Assembly (NCBI GenBank): GCA_003141415.1
Contig: PLLX01000182.1
Span: 22,606 to 86,605 of the forward strand
Direction: 5' to 3'
Length of the DNA stretch: 64,000 bases
Source: Bacteroidales bacterium
GTDB lineage: Bacteria; Bacteroidota; Bacteroidia; Bacteroidales; VadinHA17
Shown here in pieces: positions 39,865-47,232 of this stretch. The notes under the pieces are model-generated. The model ran no database searches and was not told where the DNA came from. It saw only the letters and a list, made by a program, of their open reading frames with translations. A program made the position numbers and the translations under genes. Every line of letters starts with the position of its first letter. Within the stretch, counting starts at the first letter, position 1.

Positions 39865-42177
39865 TTATGGATTGATTTTTAGTTTTCTGACGGTGAATTT
39901 GAAATTTCCGGCTCCAAGCAACCCTTCGCCACCCACACCTTCGATTCTGCCTACAAAATCGGTATTAATATCTGAACAAAAGAAACTAATAGTAGCTTCA
40001 CCATTTTCATCGGTTAAAGCCGATGGTTCCCAGAGAAGTGTATTCCGGAAATCAGGGATTGTTGAATCTTCAGTCTCCTTATCAAAGTCGGGTTGATAAA
40101 ATTTCCTGTTCCCATAATAGGCTTTTACTCTCGACAAAAAATGCATCTTTAGAAGTTCTTCTTCTGAATATTTTGGCATGGTATACATTGTATATATCTC
40201 GTGCACATTTGGTGTCCCAAACGCAATGTACTGGTAATACCATCCTCCCTGAACTGGTTTTGTCGTACCGTATTCAGTAGGAGGGTGATTGGGACAATTC
40301 AAAAACTGATATCTGCATACGTAGTCAGTATTCATATCAAACTTTGCCATGCTGTCAAGCTGCCCCATATATTTTCCCCTGATTACTTTTGATTTGTTTC
40401 CTTTGATTATAACCTCACGAATTACATTTATTCCATGTTCAGGTGTTACATCAGAGATTTCATTACCGGATGTAATTAGATTCTGTAAAGGGAATGAAAC
40501 TTCTCTTGTATTCATTATCCGGGTTATTGTTTCAAAAGGGTTATCCATAATGATCGGAGGAGGATATTTATGAGACCAGATAGGCTTAAGATACACAAAA
40601 TCTCCTTCCGCTTCTTTTAACTGATCGGGAGAAACTGTAAATCCCCTGGCAGAGTCTGCCGGAATAAGCGTTTTCTTATGACCTTTGTCAGGTGAATAAG
40701 CCATCACAAATACTCTTTCATTCTTTGTTTTTTTCGATATTGACTTGATGATTAACTGTCCCTTTATCCCGTCATAAATAATTTGTTTCCTTTCATCTTC
40801 TGATCTTTTAAGGTTTTCTTCATTCCAGACATACTTTCTCCATCCCTGGGTAATCATCAGCAAATCCAGTGCTTCATCCCGTTCTTTGCTGTTGCTTCCA
40901 AAATAGAACGACGGATTATAAATTCGGCCCTTCAATTGAGAGGAGAGGTAAAAATGGGTAAGGATATTATTGAAATCCTGTGGATTCTGATAAAGCTTAT
41001 CGAAGACACTTATACCAAGATTTGCCGTTACGGGTAGCCCTTCGTCATCTTTTACGGTAATTTTCAATGCTACTTTCCCCCTTGTGTTATAAATAGTATC
41101 AGATAATTCAGCAGATATATTAAGCTTAAGGTTCTGATTTATGTAAACCAGTCTTTCTGCTACCGGCAACAAATTGCTGTTGAAAAGAGTGATCTCAGCT
41201 ATGCCTTGCGGTATTCCGGCAAGCGGCATTTTTATCCACAATTCTCCGTTTGAATTTCCTGTTGTCAAACCATAAACAACCCCCCGGCACTGCACCCTCA
41301 GATATACTTCCTCCGGTTTAAGCTCCGGACTTTGGGAGACTTTAAACGAGAGAGACTCTTTGTCTCTTCCGGCCAATTGCAGAATCATGCCTGAGGGAAA
41401 AATTTCCGGCAAAGCAAAGGAGCTGTCAATTGCCGGTTCTGACAAACGGATCATGTACTTTTTACTGGTGACAGGAGTAAAGATGAAGCTCCCCATCCCT
41501 GCGTGTGTGCTTTTAAATTCAAGCAGGGGAGTCGAATCCTGAAACAAGGTCCCTTTAACATCAACAGGTTCCCCATTGCAATTAACAGCTTTGAATGCAA
41601 GTTTGCTTTGTATTCCTGAAACCAGATTACCTCCTTCAGGGAAAGCTGTAAATTGTATTTTGCAGGCTTTTTGGTCTTGAGGAGATTTGTCAGTTTTTAC
41701 TTCTTCAGGAATCAGGGAAGTTATATCTGTTTTGATCTTTATTCTTCTGACTGCATAAAATCCTATTGTGTCATTAAAAAATGAATTAGGCGTAAACGCT
41801 TCCAGAAGATATTCGCCTTCAGGTAAGTTGCTATCCAGGTAAACCTGCCCATTGGCAAACCCATTTTGAATTTCATATTTTTCCTGCCAGACAGATTTTT
41901 TAGTGGTTTCATTTAATAACTGCAGATATAATGTTTTACTTAAATCTGAAGGAGTCAGATTTTGTGCATCGAGCAGGTATACCTTAAACCATAAATCTTC
42001 TCCGGTTTCGTATATGTCTTTGCTGGTCTGGATATAGGCAAGTTCGGGAGGAGCGTTTTTGCCCAGGGAATCCAGCCGTACTGCCAGTTCGATTTGTCTG
42101 GCACTATAGGATTGGGCCGGAACAGGTAAAAACAAACCTGTAGTAAACAGGAATAATATAAATCGCTTATATCTCAT
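39865..42177 (-). CDS. MG2/alpha-2-macroglobulin-like multi-Ig secreted protein, paralogue A (770 aa)
   Basis: Signal peptide. MG2-type N-terminal domain (YIQTSKDIYETGEDLWFKVYLLD..LPEGEYLLEAF). Repeated beta-sandwich segments (FPEGGNLVSG..LAFKAV..STHAGMGSF.FTP). No CxEQ thioester motif seen. Confidence 0.65.
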   Translation of the reverse strand: MRYKRFILFLFTTGLFLPVPAQSYSARQIELAVRLDSLGKNAPPELAYIQTSKDIYETGEDLWFKVYLLDAQNLTPSDLSKTLYLQLLNETTKKSVWQEKYEIQNGFANGQVYLDSNLPEGEYLLEAFTPNSFFNDTIGFYAVRRIKIKTDITSLIPEEVKTDKSPQDQKACKIQFTAFPEGGNLVSGIQSKLAFKAVNCNGEPVDVKGTLFQDSTPLLEFKSTHAGMGSFIFTPVTSKKYMIRLSEPAIDSSFALPEIFPSGMILQLAGRDKESLSFKVSQSPELKPEEVYLRVQCRGVVYGLTTGNSNGELWIKMPLAGIPQGIAEITLFNSNLLPVAERLVYINQNLKLNISAELSDTIYNTRGKVALKITVKDDEGLPVTANLGISVFDKLYQNPQDFNNILTHFYLSSQLKGRIYNPSFYFGSNSKERDEALDLLMITQGWRKYVWNEENLKRSEDERKQIIYDGIKGQLIIKSISKKTKNERVFVMAYSPDKGHKKTLIPADSARGFTVSPDQLKEAEGDFVYLKPIWSHKYPPPIIMDNPFETITRIMNTREVSFPLQNLITSGNEISDVTPEHGINVIREVIIKGNKSKVIRGKYMGQLDSMAKFDMNTDYVCRYQFLNCPNHPPTEYGTTKPVQGGWYYQYIAFGTPNVHEIYTMYTMPKYSEEELLKMHFLSRVKAYYGNRKFYQPDFDKETEDSTIPDFRNTLLWEPSALTDENGEATISFFCSDINTDFVGRIEGVGGEGLLGAGNFKFTVRKLKINP

Positions 42178-42239
42178 TTTGTTTCATCGTTACTCAATCT
42201 TAAGATGACTATATCAAAAGAATTGTGTATCAGCATCTT

Positions 42240-44858
42240 TTAAGGTTCAATTTTCAGTTTCCTTACAGTGAATTTGAAATAGGCCGTCCCCAGCAATCCT
42301 TCGCCGCCAACACCTTCTATCCTGCCAACAAAATCAGTATTAATATCTGAACAAAAGAAACTCAATGTGGCTTCACCCTTTTCATCTGTTATAACCGATG
42401 GCTCCCATAAAAGAGTATTACGGTAATCAGGTATTCTGAAATCTTCTGTTTCTTTATCGTAATCAGGTTTGTAAAACTCACGGAGCCCATAATATGCCTT
42501 CACTCTTGCAAGATTATTTATCTTTAAAAGGTCTTCCTCTGAATATCTTTTGGGCCAGTAAGTAATTTTTGCTACACGTTCAGCAGGAGTGTTATAATTG
42601 TAGATTACATAATAACCTTTCCCTGGTATCGGTTTTTTCTCACCATATCCATTCATGGCAGATACTATCGGGTCAGGTTCATCGGGTGGATGTCTGGGAC
42701 AGTTCAAAACGCCATATGGACATACGTAGTCAGCATTAATTGCTAAACTATCAAGTATTCCCAGGTATTTTCCTCTTATAATGTTTTGCTTCCGGCCTCT
42801 TATTGTTACCTCCTTAATTCGTATAAACCCATTTTCTGTCACAGATGAGTCTGACAAATTTTCATATTCCAGGTTTATACCAGGAATTGGGTAAACAAAT
42901 TCGCAATTTTTCATTTTAGTGCTGATGATATCAAAAGGATCGGTTAATTTTATTCCTATTATGTATTCAGGCATCGCCAGGGGGTCAACTGTATGCATTG
43001 TAAATTCAGATCCGGGAGTTCCAACAGGTTTAAGATAAATATAATCTGTCTCCCATCTTTGTAAGAGATCTGTGGATACAGAAAACCCTCCTGCTGAATC
43101 AGCAGCAATCAATAAATTCAGACTATCCCTGTTTGGAGAAAACGCAATGACAAAAACCTGTTTCTTCGGAATTTTTTTATGTCTGTGAGGATAGTAAACC
43201 GCTCCGTATGTTTCATCGGAAATAACCTTTTGTGCCTCCTCTGATTTTTTCAGGTTCATCTCATCCCATACATACTTTCTCCATCCCTGGGTCAGCATAA
43301 GTAAATCAAGCGCTTCATCACGTCCTCTGCCAGTGCTGTTGAAATAGAAAGATGGGTCATAAATCCTTCCTTTTAATTGTGAAGAGAGGTAAAAGTGGGA
43401 TAGGATATTATTAGAGTCACGGGGATTCTGATAGAGTTTATCAAAAACACTTATACCAAGGTTTGCCACCACAGGTTCTCCTTTTTCATTTTTTACTTTT
43501 ATTTTCAGGGTCGCCTTTCCCCTGGTTGCGTATATCTCTTTGGATAATTCTGTAGATATGTTAAGTTTCAAGTTCTGGTTGATATAGACCAGCCTTTCAG
43601 CAACCGGGACTAAAGTGCTATTGAAAAGGGTGACTTCTGCTATACCCTGAGGGAGTCCGGCCAAAGGTAGTTTTATCACTAGTTCCCTGTTTAGATTACC
43701 AGTTGCCATTCCATAAACAACACCACGGCATTGAACTCTGAGGTAAATATCTTGCGGATTAAGCCGGGAACTTTGAAATACCTTAAATGAGAGTGACTCT
43801 TTATCTCTTCTAACCAGTTGCATAGTCATTCCTGAAGGATAAATCTTCGGCAAAAGAAAAGTACTATCTATCGCAGGCTCTGTCAGCCTGATCTGGTACT
43901 TTTTACCGGTATCCGGGGTAAAGATGAAGCTCCCCATCCCGGCATGTGTGCTACTGAATCCGAGAAGGGGAGTATTGTCTTCAAATAATGTCCCCTTGAT
44001 ATCAACGGGCTCGCCATTGATGTTTACCGCTTTAAATGCCAATTTACTTCGTATCCCTGAAACCAGTTCCCCTCCTTCAGGAAAAGTTGAAAATTGCATA
44101 GAGTTATTTTTTTTTGGTACAGGTATAATTAAAGATTCTGTGTGGTCCTTATATTTAATACTTATTGATACCTGCGAACTTTCTCTTGTATCTTGTGGAT
44201 GGAAGGCAATTAATGCTTTCCCTTGCACGCTGGTTGTTGTTTTTTCTTTCTCAAGCTTTTTGTTACCTCGTTGTAGTATGGCATTGATTTCTGCAAATAA
44301 TGAGTCACCTTGTTCTGAAGAAGGAGAAAAAAACAAACGGATTGTATCATTTTCATTATAATAGGTTTTGTCAAAAGTTACTCTTAATGCCGGCCGGTAA
44401 TTCATATCTTTTTTTATTCTGATTCTTCTTACAGAATAGAACTCCATGCTGTCATTAAAAATAGAATTTGCTGTATATGCCGCCAGCAGATAATCACCTT
44501 CGGACAGTCCATTATCAAGATAAACACGTCCGTCAGCAAATCCATCCCTGATTTCATATTTTTCCTGCCATACCGCTTTGTTATCCGATTCATTTAACAA
44601 CTGAAGGTATAATGTTTTACTCATTTCCGAAGGAACCAGATATTGTGCATCGAGCAGGTATACTTTGAACCACAGATCTTCCCCGGTTTCGTAGATGTCC
44701 TTGCTGGTCTGGATGTATGCAAGTTCAGGAGGTGCGTTTTTAGACAGGGAATCCAGCCGTTCTGCCAGCTCAATTTGTTGGGGGCTATAGGATTGAGCCA
44801 GGAGAGGCAAAAACAGTAATATTTTTAAAAATATTAAAATGAAACACTTGATTTTCAT
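42240..44858 (-). CDS. MG2/alpha-2-macroglobulin-like multi-Ig secreted protein, paralogue B (872 aa)
   Basis: Collinear with paralogue A, with long identical stretches at both ends, plus an extra segment of about 100 aa after the first domain. Same CxYxxLNCPxHPP motif and C-terminal ..FFCSDINTDFVGRIEGVGGEGLLG.. Confidence 0.65.
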   Translation of the reverse strand: MKIKCFILIFLKILLFLPLLAQSYSPQQIELAERLDSLSKNAPPELAYIQTSKDIYETGEDLWFKVYLLDAQYLVPSEMSKTLYLQLLNESDNKAVWQEKYEIRDGFADGRVYLDNGLSEGDYLLAAYTANSIFNDSMEFYSVRRIRIKKDMNYRPALRVTFDKTYYNENDTIRLFFSPSSEQGDSLFAEINAILQRGNKKLEKEKTTTSVQGKALIAFHPQDTRESSQVSISIKYKDHTESLIIPVPKKNNSMQFSTFPEGGELVSGIRSKLAFKAVNINGEPVDIKGTLFEDNTPLLGFSSTHAGMGSFIFTPDTGKKYQIRLTEPAIDSTFLLPKIYPSGMTMQLVRRDKESLSFKVFQSSRLNPQDIYLRVQCRGVVYGMATGNLNRELVIKLPLAGLPQGIAEVTLFNSTLVPVAERLVYINQNLKLNISTELSKEIYATRGKATLKIKVKNEKGEPVVANLGISVFDKLYQNPRDSNNILSHFYLSSQLKGRIYDPSFYFNSTGRGRDEALDLLMLTQGWRKYVWDEMNLKKSEEAQKVISDETYGAVYYPHRHKKIPKKQVFVIAFSPNRDSLNLLIAADSAGGFSVSTDLLQRWETDYIYLKPVGTPGSEFTMHTVDPLAMPEYIIGIKLTDPFDIISTKMKNCEFVYPIPGINLEYENLSDSSVTENGFIRIKEVTIRGRKQNIIRGKYLGILDSLAINADYVCPYGVLNCPRHPPDEPDPIVSAMNGYGEKKPIPGKGYYVIYNYNTPAERVAKITYWPKRYSEEDLLKINNLARVKAYYGLREFYKPDYDKETEDFRIPDYRNTLLWEPSVITDEKGEATLSFFCSDINTDFVGRIEGVGGEGLLGTAYFKFTVRKLKIEP

Positions 44859-44931
44859 TTTTAAATAGATGATTTAATCAGCTGATATTCAGATTGTGTT
44901 TTTTTTAATCTATTTTATCTTTATCATTTTT

Positions 44932-47169
44932 CTAATTCCTTGTTATTAACTCTATTGCCTTTTCAACCAACTCGTCTCTGCCTTCAAGGATCCCCTTAAT
45001 AGTTGGTTTAACCTCAATATCCGGAACTATCCCAACCCGTTGGGTTTCCTTTCCATTAGGATAGTAAACACCTATTCCGCTAATCATTGTCCTAATTCCG
45101 CCTGGCAATATAATCTCAGATACATTTCCGTCAGCTCCTGCAGTTGTGCTGCCGATTACTGTTGCTTCAGGAGCTGTCCTTAATGCCAACCCTGTATATT
45201 CTGCCTGGCTCTGTGTTAATTCGTTAACTATTATAACGACTTTTCCTTTGTAATAATCGTTATTGGTCTTTCCGACTTTTAGTTCAGTTCCATAGGAAAA
45301 TAACCCCGGATTAGAATAGCTGGTTTGTGAAAATTTTACAAAATCTGCTGGCTCAGGCATAAGATATTCACCAAGGCTAAAGACTATAAAATCGGAGGGA
45401 TAACAACGAAGATCGATAATCAGTCCTTTAGTTTTTAGGACTTCTTTCATTATTTCCGGAAGGTATTTATTTTTGATAGTTCCCGGATAAATACAGGCAA
45501 TTTCAGGCGTTAAAAGTTTAAAACAGGTATCCTTTTTATAATAACTCTCATATAATTTAATTTCATTTGGCGGGTAGCATTTTATCGTTAAAGGATTTAT
45601 CGAGTTGTTATGTTTAAAGGTGATATTTAAAACTGAATCATTTGTCCGTAAAAGGTCCCTTGCTATATCGCGCAATTGCGTGGGATAATTTGATGCCGGC
45701 GTGATTGGCAGCTTTTCTTCAATTATCTTATCTATGTTTTTATTATTTACGCTCTCAATGATATCACCTATCTGAAGGCCAGTGACATTGGTGGATTTTT
45801 TATCAAGAAATCCGGTAACAACAGCTTTGTTTTCAATAAATTTTACAGATACGGGCGCATAATTTGTTCCTTTGAATTGCTGCAGAGTCAGATCATTTCC
45901 CCAGATATTTGCATGAGTATCATGAACACGAGCTATCAGGGCTAAAACAGCTAGTCTGTAATCCAGGTCACTTGTTGCATTTACAAATCTGGAAAGAAAC
46001 TCAGGAAGCACTTTGTTCCAGTCTTCATCAATAAGATTTTTATATGGGAAATAATATTGAATGATATTCCAGTAACGATATAATGATAATAAACGATAAC
46101 CAGCTTCTGAATTTGCTATATAGCCGGAATATGGTTTTTCATTTTTAAACTGAGGATTACCGCTGGCCATGAATCCAATATAGTAATGCTTGTTGACACG
46201 TTTTGAATCACGTATTAACAATAGTTCTTTAGTGAGTTCCTCTCCTAGGCCAGGATTGGTTGTAATCCAGGCCAAGTCAGGTTTAAATTTAATTTCAGAA
46301 TCATCAATATTAACAGGATTATCCTTTTCAACCTCTCCCAGACTTACAATCCACGACAATAAAATATCATTTCTCTCTTTATCACTCGTGCTGAGAATGA
46401 TTTTAGGCAATATTCTGAATAGTTCATAATCCCAGTTATAATCACCTTTAGCAATAGCCGGGTGATAATACTTTAAGAAACCCCATACTTTTCCAAGAAT
46501 GACAAGGTCTTCAATTTTGGCCGGTATTAAATTTATTCTTGATATTTTTGAGCCGTTATCAAACTCATTGTCTTTTTGCGCCTTAAATTCCTCCGATTTT
46601 TTAAGCTTAGCCTTGCTTAAATCTTCCCCGTCGATTAATAACTGAAAATCATCGACCCATAATTTGCCTGTTCCATTCAGTATAGCACCTATATAAATTG
46701 TTTTTGCCTCTTCAGGCAGGGGCAGTTTGACTGAATACAGTATCCAGTCTGATGTCCCATGAATATCTTCCTCCTGCAGATTTTCAAATTGTAAACCGCC
46801 ATTTTCTCCATCGATCCGTAACATTAATCCAATCTGTCCATCTTCAACATTTTGGAGTTTCATGTATGCTCTCAGTTCAATTTGATTTCCTGAATAAACT
46901 GCAGGAATTGAATAAGCAACACAGCCAAAAGAACCCTCAGCCTTAGTGCCTGCAGGTTCGATTCTTACAGAAGCGGATCCGGAGTGTTTTTCGACAGTAT
47001 CGGTTTTTAATATAAAGTCTTCCATTCCCCATTTGAACCAATTGTCGGGGAGTCCGTTTTTATTGCTTATTTTTTCAAAGCCAAAATTAAAATCAGTTTT
47101 GTTTAAAGTCTGGCTTAAAGAGAAATAAGAATACGAAATAAGGACTAGCAGCAGCAAAGTCTTTTTCAT
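44932..47169 (-). CDS. S41-family (tail-specific/C-terminal processing type) peptidase with N-terminal jelly-roll (CBM-like) domain
   Basis: Signal peptide. N-terminal beta-sandwich (..GKLWVDDFQLLIDG..), PDZ-like segment (GLQIGDIIESVNNKNID), and S41 core (..GLIIDLRCYP.., ..VVIIVNELTQSQAEY.., ..RVGIVPDIEV..). Confidence 0.7.
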   Translation of the reverse strand: MKKTLLLLVLISYSYFSLSQTLNKTDFNFGFEKISNKNGLPDNWFKWGMEDFILKTDTVEKHSGSASVRIEPAGTKAEGSFGCVAYSIPAVYSGNQIELRAYMKLQNVEDGQIGLMLRIDGENGGLQFENLQEEDIHGTSDWILYSVKLPLPEEAKTIYIGAILNGTGKLWVDDFQLLIDGEDLSKAKLKKSEEFKAQKDNEFDNGSKISRINLIPAKIEDLVILGKVWGFLKYYHPAIAKGDYNWDYELFRILPKIILSTSDKERNDILLSWIVSLGEVEKDNPVNIDDSEIKFKPDLAWITTNPGLGEELTKELLLIRDSKRVNKHYYIGFMASGNPQFKNEKPYSGYIANSEAGYRLLSLYRYWNIIQYYFPYKNLIDEDWNKVLPEFLSRFVNATSDLDYRLAVLALIARVHDTHANIWGNDLTLQQFKGTNYAPVSVKFIENKAVVTGFLDKKSTNVTGLQIGDIIESVNNKNIDKIIEEKLPITPASNYPTQLRDIARDLLRTNDSVLNITFKHNNSINPLTIKCYPPNEIKLYESYYKKDTCFKLLTPEIACIYPGTIKNKYLPEIMKEVLKTKGLIIDLRCYPSDFIVFSLGEYLMPEPADFVKFSQTSYSNPGLFSYGTELKVGKTNNDYYKGKVVIIVNELTQSQAEYTGLALRTAPEATVIGSTTAGADGNVSEIILPGGIRTMISGIGVYYPNGKETQRVGIVPDIEVKPTIKGILEGRDELVEKAIELITRN

Positions 47170-47232
47170 GATTTGGATTATTAAATTTGAAGGAAGATTT
47201 AAAAAATAAATATAAAATTTTATATGTTCGGT

